A DNA stretch of 64,000 nucleotides. It comes from Lama glama. Taxonomy: Eukaryota. The position numbers were made by a program, and so were the translations under genes. This document shows positions 1 through 12,985 of the stretch, in pieces (the stretch's first letter is position 1; each line of letters begins with the position of its first letter). The notes under the pieces are model-generated. The model saw only the letters and a list, made by a program, of their open reading frames with translations, ran no database searches and was not told the DNA's origin. The stretch lies in NCBI GenBank assembly GCA_028534125.1, contig CM052816.1, positions 94,118,001 to 94,182,000 on the forward strand. The letters are read 5' to 3'.

Positions 1-345
1 AAATCATTCCTGGAATGGCATTCTCTTTGCTGCTGATCATATCTTTTCACATAATTTTTAGAGAATCATTTTCTGAATTACATTTTCTCAAATAATTTCT
101 TAATTATTACTACTTTTTATGTGGATGCTCCAAAGAAGTATATTTATTAGATTCTCCTTGTTAAAATATTAGTAAATATTTAAGGATTTTGTATCAGTTC
201 CTTCCTATAAGTTATTTTTTGTCCTACATCACCTTGCTAGGATTTGCTAAAATTCCTACTAGACTGTAAAGCTCTGGAGGTCAGGGGCCTTGGCTTTTTC
301 AGTCACCATTGAAAGCCCAACAGATACACAATTCAGCGTTGCCGG

Positions 346-814
346 TGTGGCAGACTGAATGGCAGGCACTCCAAACATGCTCCTGTCCTGTTTCCCAGAA
401 CCTCTGAATATGCTGCCTTCTGTGACAAAAGGAAATTTGCAGATCTGGTTAAGAATTGGGGGTGGCGAAATTATCTTGAACGTGGCTACTTTGGGCTTTT
501 TGTAACCACAAGGGTATTTGTAAGAGGGAGTTAGGAAATTAGAGTTAGCGGTCTGAAGGTGGTCTGCTGTTGCCTTTGAAGATGGAGGAAGGAGCTAGAA
601 GGAAGGCAGGTGGATTCCTGAAGCTGGAAAAGGCAGGAGTAAATGGATTCTCACCCAGGGACTCCAGACGAAACTCTCCCCGCTGACACCACTGCCGATA
701 GCACAGTGAGACTGACTTTCAATTTCTGACCTCCAGAACTCTAAGATACTAAATCTGTGTTGTTCTAAGCCACCATATTTGCGGTGATTTCTTACAGCAG
801 CAATAACTAATGCA
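346..814 (+). mobile_element. MLT1D-like MaLR solo LTR
   Basis: Starts TGTGGCAG and ends AACTAATGCA. Contains MLT1 hallmarks: aaaaggaaatttgcagat, gaagctggaaaaggcagg, tctgacctccagaactctaagatactaaatctgtgttgttctaagcca. Confidence 0.88.
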
Positions 815-1435
815 TTCATAAATAATCTTGAGATTTTACTGTTGTAAACTCAGGTTTCATAATTTAAGGCAATTTTTCTTAGATCGTATGTAAATAGAAT
901 CAGGATACAAAATGAGATTTTTCTGACAATAAATGCCATTCTGTTTTTACTAGGTTTGCTAAATTATGACAGTTACCACCTTAGGACAGTTGTAGGAAAA
1001 CTTGACTACTTGTTTGGTACTAAGATGTTTTTCCTGTATTACTTTATCCATTGGAAGTAAAATAGAAGGCAGCAAATAAATTTTCATAAGTTTCAATGAT
1101 TAATATGCATTTCAGGGGTGAGTGGCAGAATCAAAATATTACCTATGTAACATATTGGTACCTATTTTCATTTCACTTACTAGTTCATGAAGAATGTTTG
1201 TTTTCAGATAAATATCATTAAAATGATGTAATGAATGTTACAGCTATACATATATTAAATAGCTTTTTTGAAATAAGTTTTAGAACATCTCATTTATAAT
1301 CATTTAGTACAAATTCAGCTTCTCTCAGTAACTTCCACAATGTGGTGCTTTAAATTTTATGTGCTTAATGTTACAATTAAATAGTATATGATTTCAGAAT
1401 CTATATCACAAAATGGTAAAGACTTTTTACAATCA

Positions 1436-2150
1436 GGCTTATTGAAGTATACTTTATATACAATAAGTCACACCCCTTTAAAGTGTGCTGTTTGCTGAGT
1501 TTTGGCAAATGTACACTGTTGCGGATTCACTTCTCAATGAAAATACGGAATATTTATCTCTTTCCAGAAGTGTTCCTCAAACGGTTTCCTCATGCCACTT
1601 TGAGATGAAAACGGTGCCACGCCCAGTCCCTGGCAACCACTGATTTGTTTACTGTCATTCAAATACTGATTTTTATGGAATTGGATAAAAATTGTATCAT
1701 ACAGTATATTGTCTTTTGTGTCTGGCCTCTTTCATTTAGCAAAACACTTCTGAGATTCATTCATGCTTTTCTGTGTTTCTGTAGCTCATTCTTCCCATTT
1801 CTGAGTTGCATTCCAAGGCATGCATATCCCAGGATTTGTTTATGCAGTCACTAGTTAATAGACATTTGGTACTCTGCAGTTTTGGACACTACAAATAAAA
1901 CTGCTATGAATATCCACATACCTGTCTTTGTTTTCATCTCACTTGAATAAATATCTCAGAGTGCAATTGATAGGTTGTAAGGCAGTTATGTGTTTAACTT
2001 TATAAGGAACTTTCAAATGGCTTTCCAAACGGAATGAACCATTTGGCATTCCCATCCAGTAATGTATGGGAGTTCATTTTCCCTATCTTTATCAACACTT
2101 GGAATGCCAGGCTTTTTAATTTTAGCCATTCTTGTGGGGGTGTCTCCATT
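1436..2150 (-). mobile_element. Old L1 (L1MB-like) 3' end
   Basis: Antisense L1 3' UTR/ORF2-end motifs: ccctggcaaccactgat, atcatacagtatattgtcttttgtgtctggcctctttcatttagc, tttagccattctt. Confidence 0.85.
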
Positions 2151-2447
2151 TTCTTAATGAATAGGAAGCAATATGGAACATCTTTTCATAAACATTTTGA
2201 GTCTAATATGCTTCATTAGTATTGGAATGCCTGTACATATGATTGGAATATGCACATTTAATATGTGGTATATTTTCCCCACATTATAGATGCAGTCTAA
2301 TATTTGGATGACTGCAATCTTCACAATATATACAATTAAATATTTTATATGTTTCTTTGAGTTGATGGTAAAATCAAGCACAGTATCTCAGGAAATGAAA
2401 TAGGTAACAATTTTAACTTTCTTTTTGAAGTTGCACTCGACTGTGTT

Positions 2448-2551
2448 GAAAGAAAGAAAGAAGGAAGGAAGGAAGGAAGGAGGAGGGAGAGAGGGAGGGA
2501 GGAAGGGAGGAAGGGAAAAGGAGGGAGGGGGAAGGAGGGGGAGAAAGAAAA
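2448..2551. repeat. Polypurine (GAAA/GGAA/GGGA)n low-complexity tract
   Basis: About 100 bp of pure A/G tetramer repeats. Confidence 0.95.
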
Positions 2552-2797
2552 TTAGCCAGTGATAACAGCAATTAAGAACGGTTAGAAATGAAAGCGCCAA
2601 TATAAAAACAGAATTTTCGTGAGCTGCACATCTGTCTTCCTGTGCTTTCGTCATTGCCCTTTTCAAAATGCTCATCTTTACCTGTGACTACATCTTATAT
2701 TACCCTTTCCTGTAATGGCTTTGTATTTGTCCCGTGGGTGGCATGTTGCACGCACAAGTCTCACACTCCTTATTTCCATGATGTAACAAAACAGTCT

Positions 2798-2811
2798 GTT
2801 GCTATGGCAAC
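2798..2811. promoter_or_regulatory. RFX X-box motif GTTGCTATGGCAAC
   Basis: 13/14 match to the palindromic consensus GTTGCCATGGCAAC, in non-repetitive sequence with several CpGs nearby. Function not shown. Confidence 0.5.
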
Positions 2812-3514
2812 GATCAGCATCCTGCAGCGTGAGCCGCTGTGATTACAGGTCTCTAGTGCTAGACTCTTCTTTCAATCAATTTGCAGAGATGGCTTTTGTT
2901 CCTCCACACACTCCAGATTCAGCTCTTAATGTGCTTTGATGAATGTTTCAAAGTTTAACCAGTGTAGTTAGTGCTGTGTTAAGTGGCAGTGCTTTATCTG
3001 CATTTTTGTATAACTGTGTTGTTCGGCCTATATGAATATTTTGCTGAATCACACTAAACTAGGTGTATCTGAAATTTTAAATATATGTATATCATCCTTG
3101 AAATAGCATTTATGCTGTACATGAGGTAGTAAGTAAGACTCAAATGTTAAGCACATAAATTGAATTATAAAGGAAAGCTTTTTATTTCAATAGTATCTTG
3201 ATTATTAAATACAGGTCATGACGCTGAATTACGGTGTACTGGAAAGACAGAGGAACTATTCCTGCCACATAGAATAGGTCTCTCATTCATGACACTACCA
3301 AAGGATTTGCCTTGCATGTATCAGACAGATTTCAGCCAAACATCTAGCGTGCAAGGTTAAATATGTGTATAACACTAAAGGCATAAATTCTGCCCAAATT
3401 ATGCCTTGATTGCTGGGTACATTCACAATTTAAAGACTCTTTCGCTTCGATATACAATTTATTTTCTAAGAATGTAAGGATCCTTGTGCAATTTTTCATT
3501 CCAGTTTAGACCAC

Positions 3515-4014
3515 NNNNNNNNNNNNNNNNNNNNNNNNNNNNNNNNNNNNNNNNNNNNNNNNNNNNNNNNNNNNNNNNNNNNNNNNNNNNNNNNNNNNNN
3601 NNNNNNNNNNNNNNNNNNNNNNNNNNNNNNNNNNNNNNNNNNNNNNNNNNNNNNNNNNNNNNNNNNNNNNNNNNNNNNNNNNNNNNNNNNNNNNNNNNNN
3701 NNNNNNNNNNNNNNNNNNNNNNNNNNNNNNNNNNNNNNNNNNNNNNNNNNNNNNNNNNNNNNNNNNNNNNNNNNNNNNNNNNNNNNNNNNNNNNNNNNNN
3801 NNNNNNNNNNNNNNNNNNNNNNNNNNNNNNNNNNNNNNNNNNNNNNNNNNNNNNNNNNNNNNNNNNNNNNNNNNNNNNNNNNNNNNNNNNNNNNNNNNNN
3901 NNNNNNNNNNNNNNNNNNNNNNNNNNNNNNNNNNNNNNNNNNNNNNNNNNNNNNNNNNNNNNNNNNNNNNNNNNNNNNNNNNNNNNNNNNNNNNNNNNNN
4001 NNNNNNNNNNNNNN
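3515..4014. other. Assembly gap (500 N)
   Basis: Exactly 500 N. Confidence 0.99.
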
Positions 4015-6866
4015 CTGTATTTATGCCACTTCAGTGGTTGAACAATTAATGGAGACACAAGAGTTCATAGAAAAGGAGTTCTTAGCAAACAGAGATTAAA
4101 GTCAGCACTGTTCCAAGGTCCCAGCTTGCTTAGTGTGTTTTCTTGCTCACCACACTAAGATTACCTTAAGAACCCACTCTTCAATGTGAAGTGAATCCTT
4201 AATGTTGACTAGGAGTAGGCAAAAAAAATTTAACGTCTATAATCAATTTTGTGTAGATAAATAATATAAAAGAAAACAAAGGTTCTAACTACTGCCCATT
4301 ATTTCACTTCCAAAAATTTACTGTGTGGTTATGATGTGCTATTATATCATCAATATTTCTATCAATTGGTTTAAACAATAGAACACTTCATGGGTTCAGC
4401 ATAGTGCTGCAATTTGAAAGCTGTGTTGAGATACTTAAAAGAGTACTCTGACTATGCTTTCATTCTGAGAAAACTTTCACATGATGAGCCGAGTCAGATT
4501 TTCAGAGGTTGCAATCAATTTAGACGTCAATTGTACCTCCCTTATCCTGTTCCTAGTTGTAATATGTCTTCATATTGAAAATCAATGCAACTGTATTTCT
4601 ATCATGAAGAAACCCTTTATTAAATCTAGTTATTATAGATTTGACAGAAATATTATAATACTGATTCTTTCAAATGGCAGTGTAATTCTTCAAGAATTTC
4701 TGATTCATTTGGAGATAGAAATATCCAAAGACAAGTTAATCCTTTTCTTAAAAGAAATATCTTTATCAACTGTTTCAACTTGATTTAAAAACAATAGCAG
4801 AAGAACAGCAAAAACTATTCTACTTGGCTGATTTGAGCAAATAGCAAGCTAAAATGCATCTAAAAGGGGAAAAAAAAAAAACCCCAATACTTTGTTTAAA
4901 ATAAAGCCCAAAAGAGAAGTAGACAAGTGAAGACATTTTTATCAGGAATAAGTATGCATCTGATGGCTCAAAAAGGTGAAAATGAAAACGCAATCAGTTC
5001 TCTAATGAATTAATAGTTACAGCAGGGACTCTCATGTTACTTTATGTGAAGTTGCTAATGAGCAGAAGAGAAGTTGGCAAAAATGGTAGTCAGCACATTC
5101 CAGGAACTCACTTGCCTTTTAAAAGGCATTATAAATAGAAGATGGCTGTTTATTCAAAAATCAACATATTTTCCTTTCCTTCTGCATTTAGAAGAAATCA
5201 TTAGATTTTTTTTCCTGTCCAGAAAAATAGCACAGAAAAGCTTAAAGCTACATGTTTTATACATCATATTTGCACTTTTTAAAAAACTTTTTAAAATTTG
5301 CATTGCTCTTGAAATTTACAGTTAGTTTCTCTTAGAGAGCTCTTTTGTCCACCCCACACTCAGATGTTGGCAGGATCAGGTAGGTAACCTAAGAGACTGG
5401 AGTTCATTATCTATAGGGAGTAGGTGCCCCAACTAAAGGGCAATTCTTCTCCAGCTTCAGCCTTTTGTGAACATGTGGAAATAGACTCAACGCTGCTTGC
5501 TTATTGCCTTTACAAAGTGGTAACCAGCTGTTTACTTGGAACCTTCTGATTTTTAAATATTGACACCCAAGTCAATTTAAAACATTGGGAAGGGTTAGTA
5601 AAATATGTCTAGTTGCAGGCGACCTAGATCAGTTATAAGGCAATAAACACTATAATACTTCTCCAGTGGCCCATCTGAGATATCCCACTGCCCGGCTCCT
5701 GAGCTGAAAGATTCCTGAGGAGAGACTCATAACCTGAACTGAACCAATCACACTCTGCTAAGGGTTTGAAATATGATAAGAAATTCTCAGGTACCCAGTT
5801 TGTTGGGGACTTACAAGGTAGCAACAAAATTATCAGAAATACTACTTAAGTCACCTAAAAATGAAGGAGGGTTATGAATCAATCGTCCCCTAGAGTTTTT
5901 AGATCTTCTTACTAATTTTTTGTTACCTTATAAGATGTAATTGCAAGTGATCTCCAGTCAGGAGAGAGACTGGGATTCTAGAGATGTTTTAATGGGGGGG
6001 CGGTAATATTTTGGCTGTCAAGTAATTATGGGATGCAGGTGCCTTCAATATTTAGTGTTTCAGGGATGGAGTTTGCAGAAGTCCCAGGAAAGATCATCTT
6101 CCTGCAATGAGAAGTGCAGTTCTATACAAAAAGTTTGTGCCATTCAAACACCAAAAGAAATTTTGCTTTAATTGTTACTAAAACCTGGAGGGGTGCCATT
6201 ATATGCCTAAAGGCAATAATCTATTACTCCAAATCCAAGATGTCAACCTGAGTCTTTTCATCTGTCTTCACAAACTTCATCTTTGTTCTTGAATGTTTAC
6301 GATAATCAAGAAGACATGCTAAGTAGCCTGGAATACTTTTCTTAAAAAAAAAAAAAAGAAAAAAAGGAAACATACATAGTCTCAAAAATCTTATACCCAG
6401 AGCTTATACTTTATTTCTCACTTATTTGTCTGCCAGCTCGTACAGAACAACATCCTTCATATCACATGTCTTTCTCTCATATGTTATCACTAGAGAGAAA
6501 CGTGAAATTTTCTCCACTTATCAGCACCATTTATTTTTGGAATCTTCCCTAAAAGAAAATCAAAGTTTTCCTCCAAATGGCTTCCATTTGTTATTTAAAT
6601 AGGAAATTAACCATCGTATAGTTACAGTAGCACAAGTACATTTAACAAAGTGTTGAACACATGTACCTGGAGAAGTTAATACATACGCGTTTTTTGGTTC
6701 AGTCTCTTTGGAAGCCTCGGTAAGTGGACAATGGTTATGAGAGCCATGTCAGAGGTGCTTGGCAGGTTGCATTGCGGGAACTCACTAGAAAGCTGAGAGC
6801 AAGAATTATCTATATTCCCATTAACTTCATTTGCTTCTCCTTTCTTATTTAAATTAAATTACTTTT

Positions 6867-7112
6867 GATGTGAGGACGGGCGGTCTGGCTGCGACATTTG
6901 TCACCCCACTGATCACCGGGGTGGATTCAGCTGATCTGGCTGGCTAGGCGGGTGTCCCCTTCCTCCCTAACTGCTCCACGTGCGTCCCTCCTGAAGCTGC
7001 GCGCTCGGTCGAAGAGACGACCATCCCCGACAGAGGAGGACCTTTCTTCTTCTCGGTCAAGGGTGTATGAGCAGCTGCACTTCCCTGCTGGACCCTCGAA
7101 ACAGGCTCTCAG
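6867..7112 (+). pseudogene. RN7SK: 7SK snRNA retropseudogene, 3'-truncated (about nt 2-240 of about 331), tailless
   Basis: gatgtgagg...tctggctgcgacat...ctgatctggctggctaggcgggtgtccccttcctccct...gaagctgcgcgctcggtcgaagag...acaggctctcag follows 7SK with substitutions and small indels. Flanked by the direct repeat ATTAAATTACTTTT at 6853-6866 and 7113-7126. No poly(A). Confidence 0.95.
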
Positions 7113-7648
7113 ATTAAATTACTTTTACCAAATCTAAAAATCCCCTCAAAGCCAATCTGTCAGTAGTAGGCCTGGTGCTCATATGTTTATTGAATACCTG
7201 CCACATTCCAGAAAACACCTCTGAATTGTAAGAGCTGTTGGTCATCAACTGAAGCACAGTGAAATGACAGTCACAGAAGCACTGATGCAGGAATATTTTT
7301 AGTGTGGTGGGGGATGCGGTGATTATAGGCAAGGAAAGCTTGATGTCGTTAAATATTCTGTAATCATTCTATTCTTCTTTGTTACCAAATAAACACTTGT
7401 TTATTTCCACAGTTGTAACTTTACTAGGTTGGGAATGCAGTCAGTATCTCTCAGTATGTATCTCTATGTCTAAGCAACTTGCCCGCCACACAGCAGGTAC
7501 TTAACAAGTGCTTATGAATGAACATATGGAACACAATTCTAAACTACTATCTTAATCAAGTTTCCTTCTAACTCACTGACTTCTCAAGATTTCCTATTCC
7601 ATTTGGAGTGATAGGTGACTGACTCTGGCTAGCAGTTGTATCTTTCAT

Positions 7649-7753
7649 AGAAAGAGAGGAAAAGAAAAAAGGAGAGAGAGGAAGGAAGGAAGAAGGAAAG
7701 ACAGAAGAGGAGGAGGGAAGGGGGGAGGAAGGAAGGGATGGAGAAAGGAAGAA
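7649..7753. repeat. GA-rich low-complexity tract
   Basis: Nearly pure purine run of gaag/gga units. Confidence 0.9.
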
Positions 7754-8104
7754 TTCAGCTTTCCATTGTCATTTAGTGAATTGGCCCGTTGGAGCCATTC
7801 TCTAAGGTTGTGCCAGGGGCACTCACAGTGTCTCGTTCTTTAGCCCAGCAAAACTGAGAGCCAGAACTGGGCTGTGGGAATTCATTTCCTAAAGACAGGA
7901 CGATTTGTTGCTTAACTTAGTGTGAAATTCTAAAAACAATTCTCAAAATCCCGAATAGCAACCCAAGTCAAGCCCAGAATCGCCTGAGCACGGTTTATAT
8001 GAGATTCCTACGCTTCTAGCCAGAGTCACAAACATGGTGTTCCCACCTGGAATACGGATTCCCATTTGTTGCCGAAGGATGTCGCTGATTGAAGGCTCTA
8101 GGAG

Positions 8105-8325
8105 GGAGTGGAAGGCAGCAGGTACTTGGAGACAGATAAGCCTGGACTCTTTCCTGACTGTGTCGCTTATAATCGCCAGGAAATCTTAAAGTTGCAGAGC
8201 CTCAGTTTACTCATCTTTGAATATCCTAATGATTATAATAACTATTTTATGTGATTTCTGTCCTAAGAAATTGAAAAGCAGTTTGCCAAGTGCCTGACAC
8301 ACAACGTGTGTTTAAATACATTATT
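8105..8325 (+). mobile_element. MIR SINE fragment
   Basis: MIR core cagagcctcagtttactcatct and 3' part agtgcctgacacac. Confidence 0.65.
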
Positions 8326-8387
8326 TCCCTTCCCCCATTGAAATCAGGGCAGACCCTGCCTATCCACCTTCTATATATATATATATA

Positions 8388-8575
8388 TTTTTTTTACTTT
8401 TTTTATATTATTATTTACATATAGTCAGTTTACAATGCTGTGTCAATTTCTGGTGTACAGCACAATGCTTCAGTCATACATGGGTATACATATATTCATT
8501 TTCAGATTCTTTTTCACTATGAGCTACTACAAGATATTGAATATATTTTCCTGTGCTATACAGTATAAACTTGTT
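8388..8575 (-). mobile_element. Camelid/cetartiodactyl L1 3'-terminal fragment
   Basis: Poly(T) then tatagtcagtttacaatgctgtgtcaatttctggtgtacagcac...ttcctgtgctatacagta. It is the reverse complement of the L1 ends at 47619 and 55963, and is preceded by (TA)n. Confidence 0.88.
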
Positions 8576-9914
8576 AGCAGACACTGATTGGTATATATAT
8601 TTTTAATTCAACACACAAACTTGTTGACGACTACTCTGATAGGTATGGGGTGATACAGGGAAGAAATAGATAATGTCTTGACCTTCTGGAACCTTAATAA
8701 TTTGAGTTCAGAACCAATCACAGCATATGTAACTTAGAGAAGAGGTGCGCTGTGATGAATGTAATATCAAAGTTCAAATAATATGCTGCAGCAGGAGGGT
8801 GGAGGGTGAGATTAATCGGAGTTAGATGAAGTCCAAAGTTCTCTTTGAGAATATGTAAGGTATACACAGCCTGAAGCTTTGAATCTTACATTAAGGCTTC
8901 TCTGATCAGTGCAATTACTAAGGAGATTGCTCCTTTTTATTTTGATTCATGTGTTGTAGACTCAACTCACTTATTGGATTAAAAACAATTTTAAGTTAGT
9001 GACTTTTACCACAGTGGGAAGACTAGTGACAAGTTACACCATGGAGTAATAAGTAGAGGGGAAGCACAGGTGGTTTGGAATGAAAAGATCGGACAGATGT
9101 CGCCGTGTTCATTCTCAGGATGTTTTTAGGTACTCATCTCACCCCGTAAAAGTAGTCATCGCACCAATTCCAAGAGTTGATATGATGACTTAACAAGGGA
9201 CTGTCTATAGGAAATCATCTTAACTGCCAAATATTATAGAAATGGAGGCTATTTTTAAAACACAAGTGGAGCTCAACTAGTAACTCCTGATTGATTATAA
9301 CTGGTAGTTACATGGCTTAGAATAAGATATTTCTATTCTCGAAGTGAATCACTGAGATGTTTCGTTGAAAACAGCTAGATGAATTTTTTGGTTTCCTGTT
9401 TAAAGTCAGTCAACCGTCCAAGCGATATCTCCAGACAGTTCACTGAGTGTATAAGAAACATTAACATTTTCATTATTAGTGTTGATAATATCCCAACTTT
9501 TGCTGTAGTAAAATTATGCAAAGCTTTGGTAGAAGAAGAAGGACAATCATATCTTAAATTCCATAGGAAAAACTAAATTGAAAATTTTGAGAATACAGAT
9601 TTTTATACTGTGTAGGTAAACCGTGATCCGGGTTTTAGTGCTATGACCTTGTAATTTCATGTTAATGGAATTACAGTTTTCTCCATTGTTCCATCATTTC
9701 CCTTAAAAGGTATCAACCATTTAATTCTTTCAGCTGAAAAATTTAGACTGTACGCATTTGGAAACCAGTCTAGTTTATCCAATGATTTGACATTTGTACT
9801 TTATTTAGAAGAAGACAAGCTGAACTTCAATATCGATCTACAGAAGCAAAAGATAAGATTTAATTTCAAAATGTGGGGAGAGGAGATATTAATGAGGACA
9901 TACTCACCCGAGAT

Positions 9915-10060
9915 CCACAACAGGTGGATTTAGAATCCAGTTCTGTCATTATCTGGACTATTTTACCTTCATAATTTACATGATTACTCTGGCTTCAATT
10001 GCTTTATCTTGAAAATGAAACTTAATAATGCCTTTCTGTAGGAAAATTTCAAGGGTCAAA
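9915..10060 (+). mobile_element. MIR fragment
   Basis: Degenerate MIR core: gatttagaatccagttctgtcatt...tctggcttcaattgctttatcttgaaaatg. Confidence 0.5.
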
Positions 10061-10469
10061 GAGACTCTATTTTAAAAGTACATTTTAAGCATTTATTGAA
10101 AGATATTATTTGAAAGATGCCAAACTTTCAAGCTTTTTACAAAAACTTCCATTCAATAAAACTTATATTAATACTGGCCGAGAAAATTACTTAAGCTTGG
10201 GCTTCATTTTGCCAATAACAAAATACTGCCTTGTCAAAATCAGACTACCAGAAAGACATATTTAAAAGTAGTAAAATTAGGCTTCAAAGTCTATTTTTGA
10301 ATGCCAGCCTTCTGCCAAATACGAACCTCTGCTAACTCACAGCTATTAGTTTAAAAATAATTCATGGTTTTTGCACTGTTCAGACTTCTTTCACAGTTAT
10401 GTTCAATTTTTAAAATCTCAGAGGAATTACCAAGCATCTGTCTAAATGGATGACTGGGCGAGAAGGAAG

Positions 10470-10625
10470 GAAGAGGGCCCTAAGAATCCACAGACTTGGT
10501 TGTCCGCTATCCTCAGCTCTTACTCAATAAACTGGGTATTTCAGGCTAAGCCACCACACTCTTCTAGAAATTTCCTTTCCTCTGTAAACCTGAGTGGGAT
10601 GAGCAAGATGATCTCTACATTTTGA
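10470..10625 (+). mobile_element. MIR/MIR3-like fragment
   Basis: cagctcttactc...ggctaagccacc...tttcctctgtaaa...gatgatctcta. Confidence 0.45.
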
Positions 10626-12139
10626 CAGACTTCAAAAACTTACTTCTTTAATTCATGGAAAAGGAATGATAATAAAAAGATGAGCCTTTATACATAAAAT
10701 ACAGTACAGTAACAACAGGTCTCAAGCATTTAAAATAAATTAATATAAAAATAAGCACTTAAGTTTTTGGTGCCCAACGTTACACAGATAATGAAAAATT
10801 CTAGATCAGTAACAGCCCCTTGGAAATGGGATCCCTACTAGCATTTTAATTTAACATGAATCTTCCTCTTTTTGGAATACCTTATGCACGTTCTGAACTA
10901 AAGGACTGAAATACACTTGATCTTAACCCAGCCAAACTTTTCACACCTTTCAAGACACAATATAACTGCCTCACTCCCATAAATCCAACGGGATCCCACT
11001 TAAAATTCTGCTATACTTTTCATCATTTGACAATTCATAGCATACTTTCTTGCATTTGTCTCTAATTGCATTCTTTAAAGATCTTGATGCTAGTGGAAAC
11101 CACTGAGATGATGAGAAACTTGAAGTCTAAATTAGGTACATTGTTCATAATCAAAGGAAAATAAGAGAATTTGTCTAGTGGAGAGTGACAACATGCTAAC
11201 TCTTGTAAGGATGGTTTTAAAATGTAAATATATGAAGCTGCATATGTGATTTCTTTATTTCTTCTCATTAAACACAGAAGGTGGGAAATAACACTGTACA
11301 GATGCTAGGGGAGAAAAATCATGTCACACAGTCTGTACCCCTGAGTATTTTTTCTCACATATTGTAAATTTTGTTTTTTGCACATCTAAATGCAAGAAGT
11401 TCTATTTGTTTGGTTTTTTAGTTAAAAGAGCTTCTTTTATATGTTGTTTCTGCACCTTTTAAATTATACAAATAAAAAACCTAACATATTTTAAATATTA
11501 AAAAAAACAAGAAAATATTAACAGAAAAAAAAAAGTTATCTTAGACAAGACTCCAGTAATAGAGAAGATGGAAGTCATAAAGTAAACTCTCTATTACTTC
11601 ATATTCTATTAATCTCTAGAATTGTGAAATAATTTTTTGTAGCCAATAACATTGACCCCTTGTTAGTGCAAGATCTTCATAGATTTTGAAATAAAATCAG
11701 ACTAGTAAATGTTACTTGGGTTATTTTTTCTAACTGCGAATTAAGTACTGTATTTATCAAAGGCCTACTTTGAGTTCAGTGTTCAATTCACACGTCATTG
11801 CCCACAGATCTCCATTGCTCTTGATGGCACCAACCTATCTGCCTCCTTTCCTCTACTACACACGTGGAGAACAGTCATCTTTACAAAAGCTAAAATTAAT
11901 CAGATCTCCTGCTGACCACACTTTATAATTTCCCAATGTCATCAAGATAAAATAAAATGTTCTCTACACACCCTTTTCACTTCTCTAACCTCCTTTCCTC
12001 ACATTCACACCTTAAGCTCCAGCTGTATTAGCTACAGACTATTTCCTGGCACAAATTCATTCTCACCCATCAGCCTCTATACGTGTACTTGGTATTAAGC
12101 GTCTATGATTTTATGGATTATTAAGCTGTGTTCGTTGTT

Positions 12140-12760
12140 GTTGTTTTTAAATCTGAAAGCCTGTTGGATTTTGTCTCACACCTTTTCTCATCTGTGGAGA
12201 GGATCCTTTATTCTTTTCTCCTCAGATCAATCAATATAGGGGATTAGACTTTTGAATTTCCTAATATTGAAGCCATCCTTGCATCCTCGGAATAAATCCC
12301 ACTTCATCATGATGTCTTCTATTTTAAACCGACTGTCTGTTAGTATTTTACACAAGATTTCTACATGAATATTCATAATTAAGACCAGCCTGTAGCTTTT
12401 CTGTTTAGTACGATCTTTGTTGGGTTTAAAATTCCAAGCTTTTCTAGCTTCATAAATCAATTTAATGTATGTTTCTTTTTAGTCTCTGGGACAACTTATA
12501 TTGCATTATGATTCTTTGGTCTTTGCTAGATTTCTTCATGAACTGTTTGGGTCAGGAATTTTTGGGGGCAAGCTCTGTAACTACTTCCTCTCTTTATGTG
12601 TTAACTTATTTCTCTACTTCTTCTATGGAAGTAGTCTGTTTCTTTTTGAGATTTAGTTTTTAAATTTTCTTTACTTAACTGCTGTTTTGCCTAGTTGTTG
12701 ATTTTCTTCAAACAACTTGCTTATGGGTTTATTAGTTTCTTTTTTTTTTCTTTTTTCCAA
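12140..12760 (-). mobile_element. Ancient L1 ORF2 (reverse transcriptase region) relic
   Basis: Minus-strand translation YEARKAWNFKPNKDRTKQKSYRLVLIMNIHVEILCKIL resembles L1 ORF2 [39 protein letters not shown]. L1-like sequence appears to continue at about 13190-13580. Confidence 0.85.
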
Positions 12761-12781
12761 TTTGTTAAATGATTGAAATTT

Positions 12782-12980
12782 TTTTTAAATTACAGCATAG
12801 GTTTTTAGCTTATAATGTTTTTTGGGGTTTTTTGTTTTTTGTTTTTTGTTTTTTGTTTTATGAGAGGGAGCTAATTAGGTTTCTTCATTGATTTCTGCTT
12901 GGAGGAGGTACTGGGGTTTGAACCCCTGACCTCTTGGGTGCTGAGCATGCGCTCCACCACTTGAGCTATACCCTTCCCCC
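12782..12980 (-). mobile_element. Vic-1-type tRNA-derived SINE with extended tail
   Basis: Minus strand reads GGGGGAAGGGTATAGCTCAAGTGGTGGAGCGCATGC...GGGTTCAAACCCCAGTACCTCC (A and B boxes), then AAACCTAATTA and an (A6C)n tail. TSD AAATGA(T/C)TGAAATTT at 12767-12781 and 12981-12995. Confidence 0.92.
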
Positions 12981-12985
12981 AAATG

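Noticed and set aside
3214..3360. Plus-strand open frame GHDAELRCTGK... after an acag acceptor
   Set aside because: Weak polypyrimidine tract and donor, and no recognisable protein.
3459..4058. Long ORFs here and at 37706-38360 and 61569-62357
   Set aside because: Artefacts of translating through 500-N gaps.
6703..6719. 17-nt microexon-like segment (ggttcag...CG/gtaagt)
   Set aside because: Not a multiple of three and has no other support; such donors are expected by chance.
6867..7112. Functional 7SK gene
   Set aside because: Truncated, carries indels, is TSD-flanked, and has no evident upstream type-3 Pol III promoter or terminal U-run.
6952..7137. 61-aa ORF
   Set aside because: Chance frame within the 7SK pseudogene.
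12227..12460. Reverse transcriptase-like CDS
   Set aside because: Frameshifted ancient L1 ORF2 relic, not a novel RT system.
12905..12980. tRNA gene (also 19415-19486)
   Set aside because: These are tRNA-derived heads of Vic-1 SINEs, with SINE bodies and TSDs.
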